In this document: one piece after another, positions 42,075 to 56,098 of the stretch
How positions within the stretch are numbered: the stretch's first letter is position 1
How the letters are laid out: every line of letters starts with the position of its first letter
Assembly: GCA_963839295.1 (NCBI GenBank)
Contig: CAWIUK010000013.1
Coordinates: 67,603-131,602 of the forward strand
DNA: 64,000 bases
Origin: an uncultured Acidobacteriota bacterium
Lineage (GTDB): Bacteria; Acidobacteriota; Thermoanaerobaculia; UBA5066
Direction of reading: 5' to 3'
Made by a program: the position numbers and the translations under genes
The notes under the pieces: model-generated
The model's database searches: none
Told to the model about the DNA's origin: nothing
Seen by the model: only the letters and a program-made list of their open reading frames with translations

Positions 42075-42656
42075 TCAGGGCTGGACGCGGACCGACTCGA
42101 TGACGACCGGGGTGACGGGGGCGTTCACGAACGCCCCGCCCTGGTTGGACGTGGGCGCCGCCTTGATCTTGTTCACGACGTCCATGCCGGCGGTCACCCT
42201 GCCGAACACGCAGTAGCCGATGCCCTCCTTCGAGGAGTCGCGGTAGTCGAGGAAAGTGTTGTCCTTCACGTTGATGAAGAACTGGGCCGTCGCGCTGTTC
42301 GGGTCGCCCGTCCGGGCCATCGCGATGGCGCCGACCGTGTTCTTGAGCCCGTTCGCGGCCTCGTTCTTGATGGGGGCCTTGGTGGGCTTCTGCTTGCCGT
42401 CCATCGTGAAGCCCCCGCCCTGGATCATGAAACCGTCGATGACGCGGTGGAAGACCGTGCCGTCGTAGTGCTTGTCGTTCACGTAGGCGAGGAAGTTCTT
42501 CACGGTCTCCGGCGCCTTGGCGGCGTCGAGCTCGATCGTGACCGAGCCCAGCGAAGTCTTCATCACGACCGTCGGGTTCTTCACGGGGGTTTCTCCCTTC
42601 AGGGTGGCGGTGGCGAGGATCAGGGCGAGCGAGAGAGCCGTCGTAAGTCGTTTCAT
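42075..42656 (-). CDS. ppiA: Periplasmic cyclophilin-type peptidyl-prolyl cis-trans isomerase
   Basis: Signal peptide; KAPETVKNF, FHRVIDGFMIQGGG, AMART, SATAQFFIN, GYCVFG. Confidence 0.9.
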   Translation of the reverse strand: MKRLTTALSLALILATATLKGETPVKNPTVVMKTSLGSVTIELDAAKAPETVKNFLAYVNDKHYDGTVFHRVIDGFMIQGGGFTMDGKQKPTKAPIKNEAANGLKNTVGAIAMARTGDPNSATAQFFINVKDNTFLDYRDSSKEGIGYCVFGRVTAGMDVVNKIKAAPTSNQGGAFVNAPVTPVVIESVRVQP

Positions 42657-42682
42657 GGGACCGGATCTTACGATGCCGGAGG

Positions 42683-45388
<2,706 letters not shown>

Positions 45389-45446
45389 GGGATGCGAATT
45401 ATGGACTTGGACGCAGGCGCGGCTTCGCGGTGGGTCCCGCAGCGCG

Positions 45447-46835
45447 TCAGCCGGGGCCGGTCATCTTCGACGGGTCGATCCACGCGTCGAACTGCTCGGC
45501 GGTCACGAAGCCCAGCGCGAGCGCGGCCTCGCGGAGCGTCGTGCCCTCCGCGTGCGCCTTCTTCGCGATCGCGGCCGCCTTGTCGTACCCGATGTGCGGG
45601 TTGAGAGCCGTGACGAGCATGAGGGACTTCCCGACGAGCTCGGCAATCCGCGCGCGGTCGGGCTCGATTCCCTCCGCGCAGTGGATGCGGAAGCTCCGGC
45701 AGCCGTCCGCGAGGAGACGCACGGACTCGAGGACGTTGTGGATGATCACCGGCTTGTAGACGTGGAGCTCGAAGTTGCCCTGGCTCGCGGCGAAGGCGAC
45801 CGCCGCGTCGTTCCCGTACACCTGCACGACGACCATCGTGAGCGCCTCGGCCTGCGTCGGGTTCACCTTGCCCGGCATGATCGACGAGCCCGGCTCGTTC
45901 TCCGGGATCCGGATCTCGCCGATCCCGGAGCGCGGGCCGGAGGCGAGCCAGCGGACGTCGTTCGCGATCTTCATGAGAGAGCCCGCGAGCGTCCGGAGCG
46001 CCCCCGACGCGAACGCGAGCGCGTCGTGCGCCGCGAGGGCCTCGAACTTGTTCGGGGCGGTGACGAACGGGTGGCCGGTGAGCGAGGCGACGCGCTGCGC
46101 GACGCGCCCCGCGTACTCGGGGTGCGTGTTGAGGCCCGTGCCGACGGCGGTCCCGCCGATCGCGAGCTCGAGGAGGTGGGGGAGCGCCTGCGCGACGTGC
46201 GCGATCCCGTGGTCGAGCTGCGCGACCCAGCCCGAGATCTCCTGCCCGAGCGTGAGGGGCACGGCGTCCTGCAGGTGCGTGCGCCCGATCTTCACGACGT
46301 CCGCGAACGCCTTCGCCTTCGCGTCGAGGACGTCGCGGAGCTTCCGGACCTCGGGAAGGAGGCGCTCCTCGATCTCGCACACGGCCGCGATCGACATCGC
46401 GGCCGGGAAGGTGTCGTTCGAGGACTGCGAGCGGTTCACGTCGTCGTTCGGGTGGATCGGGTCCTTCGACCCGGGGACGCCGCCCGCGATCTCGATCGCG
46501 CGGTTCGCGATCACCTCGTTGACGTTCATGTTCGTCTGCGTCCCGCTGCCCGTCTGGAAGACGACGAGCGGGAAGTGCGCGTCGAGCTTCCCGTCGGCGA
46601 CCTCCTGCGCGGCGGCCGCGACGAGCGCCGCCTTCTCCGGCGGCAGGAGGCCGAGGTCGCGATTCGCCTCGGCGGCGGCGCGCTTGAGGATGCCGAACGC
46701 GCGGAGCATCGGCCGTCCGAGGCGGATCTCGCCGATCTCGAAGTTCTCGAGCGAGCGCTGCGTCTGGGCGCCCCAGTAGCGGTCCGCCGGGACGGCGATT
46801 TCGCCCATCGTGTCCTTTTCGATCCGAGTGGCCAT
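45447..46835 (-). CDS. fumC: Fumarate hydratase class II
   Basis: [46 protein letters not shown]. Confidence 0.97.
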   Translation of the reverse strand: MATRIEKDTMGEIAVPADRYWGAQTQRSLENFEIGEIRLGRPMLRAFGILKRAAAEANRDLGLLPPEKAALVAAAAQEVADGKLDAHFPLVVFQTGSGTQTNMNVNEVIANRAIEIAGGVPGSKDPIHPNDDVNRSQSSNDTFPAAMSIAAVCEIEERLLPEVRKLRDVLDAKAKAFADVVKIGRTHLQDAVPLTLGQEISGWVAQLDHGIAHVAQALPHLLELAIGGTAVGTGLNTHPEYAGRVAQRVASLTGHPFVTAPNKFEALAAHDALAFASGALRTLAGSLMKIANDVRWLASGPRSGIGEIRIPENEPGSSIMPGKVNPTQAEALTMVVVQVYGNDAAVAFAASQGNFELHVYKPVIIHNVLESVRLLADGCRSFRIHCAEGIEPDRARIAELVGKSLMLVTALNPHIGYDKAAAIAKKAHAEGTTLREAALALGFVTAEQFDAWIDPSKMTGPG

Positions 46836-46920
46836 GGGCTTCCTCCCCGAGACTCCGTCGCAGGACATGTTACGCGGGGACCCCCGTCGGACGCCGTGAG
46901 ACGATCTCACTTCAAGGCAA

Positions 46921-49014
46921 ATGAGCGTTCGCCGACTTCGGGCGCGCTGCGTGGCGGGAATCCTCGTCTGGGGCGCCGCCCTCGCCCTCCCTTCCGGACG
47001 CGCCGCCGCGCAGGCGACGTCCGACTACGCCGTGCAGGTGACGGCCGCCGTCCAGAGCGTGCCGCCGCGGATCACGCTCAGCTGGCCCGCGTTCGCCGGC
47101 GCCACCGCCCACACCGTCTATCGCAAGGCCTGGGGAGCCGCCTCGTGGGGGACCGCGATCGCGACGCTCGCGGGAACGGCCACGGGGTACGCGGACGGCA
47201 GCGTGGCCGTCGGGACGGCCTACGAATACGAGGTGATCCGCGCGGCGGCGGTCACCGGCACCGGATACCTCGCCACCGGGATCGACCTGCCCCTCGTGGA
47301 GGACCGCGGGAAAGTGGTCCTCGTGGTCGACGCCTCGACGGCTGCGGACCTCGCGACGGAGCTGGCGCGCCTCCAGCGGGACCTCGCGGGCGACGGATGG
47401 ACGGTCCTGCGGCACGACGTCGCGCGCACCGCGACGGTTCCGTCCGTCAAGGCGCTCATCAAGGCCGACTATGACGCCGATCCGGCGCACGTGAAGAGCG
47501 TCTTCCTCTTCGGGCACGTGCCGGTTCCGTATTCCGGCAGCATCGCGCCGGACGGTCACCCCGATCACGTCGGGGCGTGGCCCGCGGACCTCTACTACGG
47601 CGAGATGGACGGAACCTGGACCGACACGCAGACCCTGACCGGCACCGGCCGGCAGAGCAACGTGCCGGGGGACGGCAAGTTCGACCAGAGCTACGCGCCC
47701 AGCGGGGCGGTCGAGCTCGCGGTCGGGCGGGTCGACCTCGCGAACATGCCCGCGTTCACGCCGAAGACGGAGACGGACCTTCTCCGGCAGTACCTGAACA
47801 AGGACCACGGATTCCGGGTCAAGGCCTGGACGCTGCCGGCGCGGGGGCTCATCGACGACAACTTCGGGGCGTTCGGGGGCGAAGCGTTCGCCTCGACCGG
47901 CTGGCGGGCGTTCTCGGCGTTCTTCGGGCCCGCGAACGTCTTCGCCCTCGACTGGTTCACGACGCTCGCGTCGAACGGCTATCTCTGGGCGTACGGCTGC
48001 GGGGGCGGGAACTACACCGGCGCCGGCGGCGTCGGCTCCACGTCGAACTTCGCGGCGACGGACACGAAGACCGCCTTCACGTTCCTCTTCGGAAGCTACT
48101 TCGGCGACTGGGACGTCTCGAACAATTTCCTGCGAGCCCCGCTCGCGACGACGAGCTACGGCCTCACGTGCGCCTGGGCCGGACGCCCCGCGTGGTCCGT
48201 GCACCACATGGCCATGGGCGAGACGATCGGGTACGCGGCGCGCCTCTCGCAGAACAACTCGGGAACGTATTTCTACGGCTACGGACCCGAGATCCACATC
48301 GCCCTCATGGGCGATCCGACCCTCCGGATGCACGTCGTCGCGCCCCCGGCGAACGTGACCGCGTCCGGCGGCACCGGGACCGCCACGATCTCGTGGACGC
48401 CCTCGGCCGACGCCGTCGCGGGATACCACGTCTACCGCGGCGCGACGGGTGCCGGACCGTTCACGCGCCTCACCCCGTCCCTCGTCACGGCGACGACGTT
48501 CGTGGACACGACGGCGCCCGGAGGCTCCCCGACGTATCTCGTCCGCGCCGTGAGGCTCGAGACGACCCCGAGCGGCTCGTACTGGAACGCGAGCACCGGC
48601 ATCGCCGCGGGCGCGGGGGGGACCGGCCCCGTGGCCACGGCGTTCCACACGCTCGCTCCCTGCCGGGCCCTGGACACGCGCCTGCCTGCCGGGCCGGGCG
48701 GCGGGCCCGCGCTCCCGGCCGCGGGAACGCGCACGTTCGTGGCGACCGGCGTGTGCGGCCTTCCCGCCACGGCCCGTTCCGTGTCGGCGAACATCACCGT
48801 CACGAATGCCTCCGCGGGCGGCACGCTCGTCGTTTACCCTGCCGATCTCCCGGCGGCCCCGAACACGCTGACGCTCGCCTTCCGGGCAAGCCAGACGCGC
48901 GCGAACAACGCCCTCGTCGCCCTCGCCGCGGACGGGTCGGGCGCGTTCAAGATCACGAGCGGCGCCTCGTCCACGGTCGACGTCGTCGTGGACGTCAACG
49001 GCTGGTTCGAGTAG
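46921..49014 (+). CDS. Secreted protein: FN3-like, gingipain/C25-like core, FN3-like and C-terminal PCR..DTR...DVNGWF domain
   Basis: Signal peptide; ITLSW..VYR FN3 patterns; [27 protein letters not shown] resemble the C25 scaffold. Confidence 0.6.
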   Translation: MSVRRLRARCVAGILVWGAALALPSGRAAAQATSDYAVQVTAAVQSVPPRITLSWPAFAGATAHTVYRKAWGAASWGTAIATLAGTATGYADGSVAVGTAYEYEVIRAAAVTGTGYLATGIDLPLVEDRGKVVLVVDASTAADLATELARLQRDLAGDGWTVLRHDVARTATVPSVKALIKADYDADPAHVKSVFLFGHVPVPYSGSIAPDGHPDHVGAWPADLYYGEMDGTWTDTQTLTGTGRQSNVPGDGKFDQSYAPSGAVELAVGRVDLANMPAFTPKTETDLLRQYLNKDHGFRVKAWTLPARGLIDDNFGAFGGEAFASTGWRAFSAFFGPANVFALDWFTTLASNGYLWAYGCGGGNYTGAGGVGSTSNFAATDTKTAFTFLFGSYFGDWDVSNNFLRAPLATTSYGLTCAWAGRPAWSVHHMAMGETIGYAARLSQNNSGTYFYGYGPEIHIALMGDPTLRMHVVAPPANVTASGGTGTATISWTPSADAVAGYHVYRGATGAGPFTRLTPSLVTATTFVDTTAPGGSPTYLVRAVRLETTPSGSYWNASTGIAAGAGGTGPVATAFHTLAPCRALDTRLPAGPGGGPALPAAGTRTFVATGVCGLPATARSVSANITVTNASAGGTLVVYPADLPAAPNTLTLAFRASQTRANNALVALAADGSGAFKITSGASSTVDVVVDVNGWFE

Positions 49015-49049
49015 CGCCGCGTTTCCCCGGCCGCCGTAGAATTTCGCGC

Positions 49050-50024
49050 ATGAAGGCCATCCGCATCCATGCCCCCGGCGGTCCCGAGGCGCTCCGGTAC
49101 GAAGACGTCCCCGATCCGGCCCCGAAGGCCGGCGAGGCCGTCGTCCGCGTCGAAGCGGCCGGCGTCAACTTCATCGAGGTCTACTTCCGCACGGGCCTCT
49201 ACAAGCCGGCGGGCCACCCGTTCACGCCCGGCGGCGAGGCCGCCGGCGTCGTCGAGGCGGTCGGGCCCGGCGTCAGCGGCGTGAAGGTGGGCGACCGCGT
49301 CGCGACCGTCAACGCACAAGGGGCGTACGCGGGCCGCACGGTCGTCGCGGCGGCGCGTCTCGTGCGCGTGCCGGACGGCGTCACGGCGCGCCAGGCGGCC
49401 GCCGTCATGCTCCAGGGAATGACGGCGCACTACCTCGCGACGTCGACGCGCCCGCTGGCCCCAGGCGACACGTGCCTCGTCCACGCGGCGGCCGGCGGCG
49501 CCGGCCTTCTCCTGTGCGCGATCGCGACGAAGCGCGGCGCCCGCGTCATCGGCACGGCCTCGACGCCCGCGAAGGCCGAGCTCGCGCGGAAGGCGGGCGC
49601 CGACGACGTCATCCTCTACACCGAGCGGGATTTCGCCGTCGAGACGAAGCGACTGACGGACGGGAAGGGCGTCCAGGTCGTGTACGACTCGGTCGGAAAG
49701 ACGACCTTCGAGAAGGGACTCGACGTCCTCGCGCCGCGCGGGATGATGGTGCTTTTCGGCCAGTCGAGCGGCCCGGCGCCGGCGATCGACCCGCAGATCC
49801 TCAACGCGAAGGGCTCGATCTTCCTCACGCGCCCGTCGCTCTTCGCCTACATCGCCTCGCGCGAGGAGCTTCTCGCGAGGGCCGGCGACGTCCTCGGCTG
49901 GGTGAAGGACGGCACGCTCCCGCTGCGCGTGGACCGGGAGCTCCCCCTCGCGGATGCCGCCGCGGCGCACCGGGCGCTCGAGGCGCGCGAGACGGCCGGG
50001 AAGATCCTCCTGATCCCCTCCTGA
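49050..50024 (+). CDS. qor: NADPH:quinone oxidoreductase (zeta-crystallin/MDR family)
   Basis: [53 protein letters not shown]. Confidence 0.93.
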   Translation: MKAIRIHAPGGPEALRYEDVPDPAPKAGEAVVRVEAAGVNFIEVYFRTGLYKPAGHPFTPGGEAAGVVEAVGPGVSGVKVGDRVATVNAQGAYAGRTVVAAARLVRVPDGVTARQAAAVMLQGMTAHYLATSTRPLAPGDTCLVHAAAGGAGLLLCAIATKRGARVIGTASTPAKAELARKAGADDVILYTERDFAVETKRLTDGKGVQVVYDSVGKTTFEKGLDVLAPRGMMVLFGQSSGPAPAIDPQILNAKGSIFLTRPSLFAYIASREELLARAGDVLGWVKDGTLPLRVDRELPLADAAAAHRALEARETAGKILLIPS

Positions 50025-50030
50025 CGGCGA

Positions 50031-50888
50031 TCAGCCCTCGCGGCGCTCGAGCGCGAGGGCGATCAGCCCCGCGGACTCGGCTTCGTCGGGCTTCCTCAGG
50101 ACGTGCACGGCGCCGACTTCCCCGTGCAGCGCGATCGCGGCCTCGAGAGCGTCGTCGTTGACGCGCCAGCCGCACGCGACGTTCCCGCCCGCCACCTTGG
50201 CGCGACGGAGCGCGCCTTCCGCGAGCGCGAGGTGGTCGCGGAAGGACGCGAGGTGCGGGCGGGACCTGAGGAGCGGCTCGACGGAGAAGCCGATCGAGAT
50301 CGTGACGGGCCGCGTGGCGTCGCCGGGCCCGGTCTTCACCCACGAGGCGACGGCGTGCCGGAGGCGCACGGCGAGGGCCCCGGCCTCGCCGCCGAATCTC
50401 ACGCGCGCGACGATCAGGAACTCGTCGCCGCTCCAGCGGGCGACGACCGAGCCGCCGCGCACGGAGGCGGAAATCGCGTCCGCGACGGCCTGGAGGACCG
50501 CGTCGCCCGCCTCGGCCCCGAGCGTGTCGTTGATCTTGTCCAGCCCGTCGACGTCGGCGACGAGGATCGCGACGCATTCCGTCTTCTGCTCCGCGTCGCG
50601 CAGCGGCTTGCGGGCCGGCGCGAGGAGCAGCCCGATCGCGGCCTCGACGAAGCGCGGGTTCTTGAGGCCCGTGAGCTTGTCCGTGAGGGACGTCTCGGCG
50701 AGAAGCGCGTTCGACTGCTCGAGCTCGGCCGTCTTCTCCCTGAGCTCCTGCGTCCGCTCCTTCAGCTCGCGGGAGAGGTCCTTCTCGCGCCGGACGAACC
50801 GCGCGACGCGGACGCGGTGCAGCAGCCACGCCCCGAGGACGAGGGCGGCCACGACGAGGCCCCAGAGGGAGCTGGAGAACATCGACAT
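50031..50888 (-). CDS. Single-TM GGDEF-domain protein with SGDEF variant
   Basis: TM plus coiled coil, TDKLTGLKN, DVD.L.KIND.LG..AGD, ARWSGDEF. Confidence 0.85.
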   Translation of the reverse strand: MSMFSSSLWGLVVAALVLGAWLLHRVRVARFVRREKDLSRELKERTQELREKTAELEQSNALLAETSLTDKLTGLKNPRFVEAAIGLLLAPARKPLRDAEQKTECVAILVADVDGLDKINDTLGAEAGDAVLQAVADAISASVRGGSVVARWSGDEFLIVARVRFGGEAGALAVRLRHAVASWVKTGPGDATRPVTISIGFSVEPLLRSRPHLASFRDHLALAEGALRRAKVAGGNVACGWRVNDDALEAAIALHGEVGAVHVLRKPDEAESAGLIALALERREG

Positions 50889-50943
50889 CGGACGTGATTC
50901 GGTCGCTTCATTGAATCATGAACGGCCTCCCCGCGTCCGGTTC

Positions 50944-51927
50944 TCACCGGAACCCGCGGACGCCGTGGGGCCGGTAGGGCGCCTCGAGGGCCGCGACCTC
51001 CTCGTCCGAGAGCACGGTCTCCACGGCCTTCAGGGCGGCCTCGAGGTGCTCGAGCTTCGTCGCCCCGACGATCGGCGCCGTGACGCCCGGGCGCGAGAGG
51101 AGCCACGCGAGCGCCACCTCGGCGGGCGGGCAGCCGCGCGCGGCCGCGACCTTCCGGAGGGCCGCGATCACGTCCCCGTCCGACGGGGTGTCGTAGAGCT
51201 TCGGCGTGTAATCGTCGCTCGCGCTCCGCGCCGTCGTCGCGGCATCCGCCGCGCTCGACCGGGGGCCCGCGAGGAGGCCCCGCGCGAGCGGCGACCACGG
51301 GATCACGGCGACCCCCTCTTCGCGGCAGAGCGGGAGCATCTCGCGCTCCTCCTCGCGGTAGAGGAGGTTGTAGTGGTTCTGCATCGAGGCGAACCGCGCG
51401 AATCCCCGCGCGTCCGAGAGAGCGAGCGCCTTCGCGAACCTGTACGCGGGGCCCGAGCTCGCGCCGATGAAGCGCACCTTGCCCTGCGTCACGAGCTGGT
51501 CGAGAGCCGCGAGCGTCTCGTCGAGAGGCACGGTCGGGTCGAAGCGGTGGATCTGGTAGAGGTCGATCGTCCCGACGCCGAGTCGCTTCAGGCTCGCCTC
51601 GCAGCCCTGGACGACGTGCTTTTTCGAGAGGCCGCCCATGTTCGGGCGGTCCGTCATCGGGAAGTGGACCTTCGTCGCGAGGACGACCTCCTCCATCCGC
51701 GCGTACGTCCGGAGGGCGCGGCCCGTGACCTCCTCGGAGACGCCCATCGAGTACATGTCGGCCGTGTCGAAGAAGTTGATCCCCGCCTCGACCGCGCGGC
51801 GGAAGAACGGCTGCGCCTGGTCTTCGGTCAGGACCCAGGGCCTCCACGCCGGGCTTCCGTACGACATGCAGCCGAGCGCGAGGCGCGAGACGGTGACGCC
51901 GGTGCGGCCGAGGGTCGTGTACTTCAC
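50944..51927 (-). CDS. Aldo/keto reductase
   Basis: LG.TG..VS.LALGCM, FFDTADMY, ATK, SLKRL..IDLYQIHR, QNHYNL, WSPLARG. Confidence 0.95.
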   Translation of the reverse strand: MKYTTLGRTGVTVSRLALGCMSYGSPAWRPWVLTEDQAQPFFRRAVEAGINFFDTADMYSMGVSEEVTGRALRTYARMEEVVLATKVHFPMTDRPNMGGLSKKHVVQGCEASLKRLGVGTIDLYQIHRFDPTVPLDETLAALDQLVTQGKVRFIGASSGPAYRFAKALALSDARGFARFASMQNHYNLLYREEEREMLPLCREEGVAVIPWSPLARGLLAGPRSSAADAATTARSASDDYTPKLYDTPSDGDVIAALRKVAAARGCPPAEVALAWLLSRPGVTAPIVGATKLEHLEAALKAVETVLSDEEVAALEAPYRPHGVRGFR

Positions 51928-51931
51928 GGCG

Positions 51932-53983
51932 TCACCTCATCCAGCGGTCGAGCCAGCCGAGGACCTCCGCGTACCAGACCTTCGCGTTCGGCCCCCGGAG
52001 CACCCAGTGGCCTTCGTCCGGGAAGTAGACGAGGCGCGCCGGGATTCCTTTCGCCTTGAGCGTCCCGTAGAACTCGAGGCCCTGTCCCACGGGGACGCGG
52101 TAGTCCTTCTCGCCGTGCACGATCAGGACCGGCGTCGTGAAGGCTGCCGCGTAGCGGTTCGGGCTCCACTTCTCCACGGCGTCCCGGTTCGTGAACGGGG
52201 ACCCGCCGTACGAGTGGTGCCGGCCGTACGTCTCGTCGGAGGCGAACTGCGCCATGAGGTCGTAGACGCCCGCGTGCGAGACGAGGCACTTGAAGCGGTC
52301 CGTGTGGCCCGCGATCCAGTCGACGAGGAAGCCGCCGTACGAGCCTCCGGCCGCGGCCATGCGGGCGGGATCGACGCGGCCCTGCGCGATCAGGACGTCC
52401 GTCGACTTCATGACGTCCGTGAACGGCTTGTCCGGGTGCGCGCCCAGGATCGACTCGACCCACTTCTGGCCGAAGCTCGACGAGCCGTGGAAGTTCACCA
52501 TCGCGACGACGTAGCCGGGCGCCGCGAACGCGTGCGGGTGCCAGCGGAACGAGAACGCGTCCCCGAACGTCCCGACGGGGCCGCCGTGGATCAGCTGCAC
52601 GAGCGGGTACTTCTTCCCCGGCTCGGCGCCCGGCGGCGCGACGACGAACATCTGGACGTCGTCGCCGCCCGCGCCCTTGAACGTGACGTCCTCGACGGCG
52701 CCGAGATTCCACGTCGCGACGAGCGCGTCGTTCACGTGCGTGAGCATCCGGAACGCCGATCCGTCGATCTTCACCGCCGCGATCTCCGGCGGGTGATTGA
52801 GGTCGTTCCGCTGGAACACGATCTCGCCGCCCGGCGTCACGGTCGGACCGGCCGCCGTGCCGCCCCTCCAGACGAGGCGCGGCGTCCCGCCGGAGACCGG
52901 AATCGCGTAAAGGTTCGTCCGCGCCCGCGCCTCGGCCGTGAAGACGATCGTCTTGCCGTCCTTCGCGAACGTGAAGCCGCCGCACGAGCTCTCCCAGCCG
53001 TCCGTGAGAAGTCGCACGGCGCCCGTCGCGACGTCGAGGAGGGCGAGGCGCGTGTAGTCGGGCCACTCGTCGGCCCTGGCGTGCGTCCCGAACGCGATCG
53101 TCCTGCCGTCGGGCGAGAAGACCGGGTTCCCGTCCATGCCGGCGCGCCCCGGCGTCAGGTTCCGGACCTCGCCGCCTGCCGCCGGCACGAGGAACAGGTC
53201 CCAGTTGAGCGTGGCGTACGGCTCGGGCGTCGAGTTCGCGGCGAAGACGATCGACTTCCCGTCGGGCGCGACGTCGAAGGAGCCGCCCTCGTCGAGGCCG
53301 AAGTACCGCTTGTTTCCGGGCGTGAGATCGGTGACCTTCTTCGTCGCGACGTCGACGACGAAGAGGTGCGGGTACTCGCCGTCCGTGAGCCAGTGGTCCC
53401 AGAAGCGGTAGAGGCGGTTCTCGGTCGTCCGCGCCTTGACGGTGGCCTTCTCGCGCTTCTCGAGCGCCTTCTTCGTGTCCTCCGGCGACGCCGCGCCGTC
53501 CACCAGGTTCGCGAGGAACGCGATGCGCGTGCCGTCCGGGAACCACTTCGGGTTCGAGACGGCGGTCGGCATCTCGGTGAGGCGCTCGGGTTCTCCTCCG
53601 TCGAGCGGCAGGACGTAGACCTGCGCTGCGGCGTCGCCTTCGCGCTTCGAGAGAAAGGCGAGGCGCCTGCCGTCGGGGCTGAAGGCCGGCGACGTGTCGG
53701 AGGCCCTGTTCGCCGTCAGGCGGCGCGAGGCGCCGGAGGCGACGTCGACGACGTAGAGGTCGGCGTTCGCCTTCATCTCGTCGCCCTCGTAGGCCGTGAC
53801 GGCGTACGCCGCGCGCGCGCCGTCGGGCGAGAGGACCGGAGTCCCGACGCGCTTGACGGCCCAGAGGTCGTCGACGCCGAACGGCTTCTTCGCCACGGCG
53901 GCGTCGGCGGCGGAGAGGGGGAGCGAGGCGAGGAGGGCGAGGGCGGCGGTGAGGAGTGCGGGTCGGAAACGCTGCATGCGCAT
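51932..53983 (-). CDS. S9 family peptidase (acylaminoacyl/dipeptidyl peptidase)
   Basis: Signal peptide; SPDG propeller repeats; IHGGP, GGSYGG, HGEKDYRVP, FPDEGHW. Confidence 0.95.
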   Translation of the reverse strand: MRMQRFRPALLTAALALLASLPLSAADAAVAKKPFGVDDLWAVKRVGTPVLSPDGARAAYAVTAYEGDEMKANADLYVVDVASGASRRLTANRASDTSPAFSPDGRRLAFLSKREGDAAAQVYVLPLDGGEPERLTEMPTAVSNPKWFPDGTRIAFLANLVDGAASPEDTKKALEKREKATVKARTTENRLYRFWDHWLTDGEYPHLFVVDVATKKVTDLTPGNKRYFGLDEGGSFDVAPDGKSIVFAANSTPEPYATLNWDLFLVPAAGGEVRNLTPGRAGMDGNPVFSPDGRTIAFGTHARADEWPDYTRLALLDVATGAVRLLTDGWESSCGGFTFAKDGKTIVFTAEARARTNLYAIPVSGGTPRLVWRGGTAAGPTVTPGGEIVFQRNDLNHPPEIAAVKIDGSAFRMLTHVNDALVATWNLGAVEDVTFKGAGGDDVQMFVVAPPGAEPGKKYPLVQLIHGGPVGTFGDAFSFRWHPHAFAAPGYVVAMVNFHGSSSFGQKWVESILGAHPDKPFTDVMKSTDVLIAQGRVDPARMAAAGGSYGGFLVDWIAGHTDRFKCLVSHAGVYDLMAQFASDETYGRHHSYGGSPFTNRDAVEKWSPNRYAAAFTTPVLIVHGEKDYRVPVGQGLEFYGTLKAKGIPARLVYFPDEGHWVLRGPNAKVWYAEVLGWLDRWMR

Positions 53984-54059
53984 GCCGCGATCTTCCCGCA
54001 TCCCCGCGCGGTGGCCTAGCAGAGGTAGGATCCGTCCAACCAATCGAGAGGAGGACTCC

Positions 54060-54776
54060 ATGTCGAGCGTTCCGCCGCCCGGATCCGGGTATCCGCCGCC
54101 GCCGCCGCCCCCGCCGCAGGGACCGCCCCCGGTCATGCCCTCGGGTCCCGGCCTCGCGTGGGAGGCGCAGGCGATCGGGCCCGAGTCGTTCCTCGATACG
54201 GCGAAGCTGTTCATCACCGCGCCCGACCAGGCCTGGGCGCGGACGCGCGAGACGGGCGATTACACGCGCCCGCTGCTCTTCGCGCTGATCGTCGCGTGGG
54301 TCGGCGCCATCTTCAGCGCCGTGTGGGGCTCGATCTTCGGGGCGGGCCTCATGAAGATGCTGCCGGCCCAGTACAGCCGCTTCGCCATGATGGGCGCGGG
54401 CCGGGGCCTCATCGCGAACATCATCTTCGCCCCGTTCATCATCGCGATCGGCCTCTTCGTCGGCACCGCGATCCTCCATGTCTCGTTCATGATCGTCGGG
54501 GCGCTCACGAACTCGAAGTCGCAGTTCGAGGGCACGTTCCGCGTCGTCGCGTACTCGAGCATCGCGCACATCGCCTACGTCATTCCGTTCCTCGGCGGGC
54601 TCGTCGTGCTCGTGTGGCGGATCTACCTGATGATGCTGGGCGTCCAGCAGCTCCACAAGACGACGCAGGGCAAGGCGCTCATGGGGATCCTCCTTCCGAC
54701 GGTCCTCTGCTGCGCCTGCGCGGCGATCGGCATGATCTTCGCCGGGGCGGCGCTCTTCTCGGCGTTCAACCGGTAG
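54060..54776 (+). CDS. YIP1-family membrane protein
   Basis: Pro-rich N-terminus, WE motif, about 5 TM helices, FEGTFRVVAYS, IPFLG; GAGGAGG RBS. Confidence 0.82.
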   Translation: MSSVPPPGSGYPPPPPPPPQGPPPVMPSGPGLAWEAQAIGPESFLDTAKLFITAPDQAWARTRETGDYTRPLLFALIVAWVGAIFSAVWGSIFGAGLMKMLPAQYSRFAMMGAGRGLIANIIFAPFIIAIGLFVGTAILHVSFMIVGALTNSKSQFEGTFRVVAYSSIAHIAYVIPFLGGLVVLVWRIYLMMLGVQQLHKTTQGKALMGILLPTVLCCACAAIGMIFAGAALFSAFNR

Positions 54777-54778
54777 TC

Positions 54779-55156
54779 GTGGCGCCGGAACGCCAGCTCG
54801 CGTTCCTCTGGGGCGGCGCGGCGCTCGCGGGCGCAGCCGCCGCCCCGTTCGCGCGCGCCCTCGCCACGGGTGCGCCCGGCTGCGCGTTCCGCGCGCTGAC
54901 GGGCGTCCCGTGCCCGACGTGCGGGGGAACGCGCGCGCTCCTCGCCCTCGTGCGTTTCGACGTCGCCGCGGCCCTCGCGTGGAACCCGCTCGTGACGCTG
55001 GCGGCGCTCGTCTTCGTCCTCGGCGGCCTCGTCGCGCTCGCGCGGGCGCTGGGCGGGCGCGGCGTCCCCGACGGGCCGCCGCCGCGCTGGGCGGGCGCGG
55101 CCGCCGGGCTCGCCTTCGCGGCGAACTGGGCGTTCGTGATCGCGAACGGGCGCTGA
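54779..55156 (+). CDS. DUF2752 family membrane protein
   Basis: C.FR.LTG.PCPTCGGTRA and A..NPL signature. Confidence 0.85.
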   Translation: MAPERQLAFLWGGAALAGAAAAPFARALATGAPGCAFRALTGVPCPTCGGTRALLALVRFDVAAALAWNPLVTLAALVFVLGGLVALARALGGRGVPDGPPPRWAGAAAGLAFAANWAFVIANGR

Positions 55157-55162
55157 GGAGCG

Positions 55163-56047
55163 CTACGGCCGGGGCCGGACGCCCGAGGCCGGCTTCGCCG
55201 GCGCCGGCGGCTCGCCGATCGCGCGCGCGAGGGCGTTCTGCCACGGCGGGAGGTCGACCCCGAAGTTCGCGAGCTTCTCGTTCGAGAGCGCCGAGAAGAG
55301 CGGGCGCTGGACCCGGAGGCCGGAGCGCTCGAGCGACGCGGGGATCACGTTCGAGGGGCTCCCGAGGACGCGGACGATCTCGAGCGCGATCTCGTGCCAC
55401 GTCGCGAAGCCCGAGTTCACGCAGTGCCAGATCCCGGGGTTCGCCTTCTTCTCGACGAGCCTTCGCATCGCGGCCGCGACGTCGTCGACGTGGACCGGCG
55501 AGATCTTGCGGTCGTAGAACGCGGTGAGCGTACGGCCCTGGCGGGCCTCCGCGATCATCTTGTCGATCGTCCCCTTCCCGCCGGGCGTCCCGAAGAGGCC
55601 CTCCACGCGCAGGACGTACCCGCGCGGCGCGTTCTGGGCGTAGATCTCCCCGAGGAGCTTCGTCGCGCCGTAGACGTTCACGGGGTTCGGCCGGTCCGTC
55701 TCGCGGTACGGCGCCGTCGCGGTGCCGTCGAAGACGTAGTCGGACGAGAAGTGAACGAGCGCCGCGTCGGCCGTCCGGGCGACGTCCGCGAGCGTCCGCA
55801 CCGCGAAGGAGTTGACGGCGAGCGCCGCCTTCGGGTCGTCGTCGGATGCGTCCACGCCGAGGACGGTCGCGTTGACGATCACCTCGGGCCTGAGCTTCGC
55901 GACCTTGTCGAGGACGACCAGGCGCTGCGTGACGTCGAGCGCGGCCCGCGTGAGCGAGACGACCTCGTGTCCGGGCTTGCGCAGCTCGCGGACGAGAGCC
56001 TGGCCGAGCTGGCCCCCGGCACCCACGACGACGATCCGCAGCGGCAT
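55163..56047 (-). CDS. rfbD: dTDP-4-dehydrorhamnose reductase
   Basis: GAGGQLG, HFSSDYVFDG, PY.E.D.PNP.NVYGATK, RP..SAL. Confidence 0.9.
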   Translation of the reverse strand: MPLRIVVVGAGGQLGQALVRELRKPGHEVVSLTRAALDVTQRLVVLDKVAKLRPEVIVNATVLGVDASDDDPKAALAVNSFAVRTLADVARTADAALVHFSSDYVFDGTATAPYRETDRPNPVNVYGATKLLGEIYAQNAPRGYVLRVEGLFGTPGGKGTIDKMIAEARQGRTLTAFYDRKISPVHVDDVAAAMRRLVEKKANPGIWHCVNSGFATWHEIALEIVRVLGSPSNVIPASLERSGLRVQRPLFSALSNEKLANFGVDLPPWQNALARAIGEPPAPAKPASGVRPRP

Positions 56048-56098
56048 GCGGAGCCACTGTACCGTATCCTGAGCCGATCCCGACACCGAGGTGACCGC

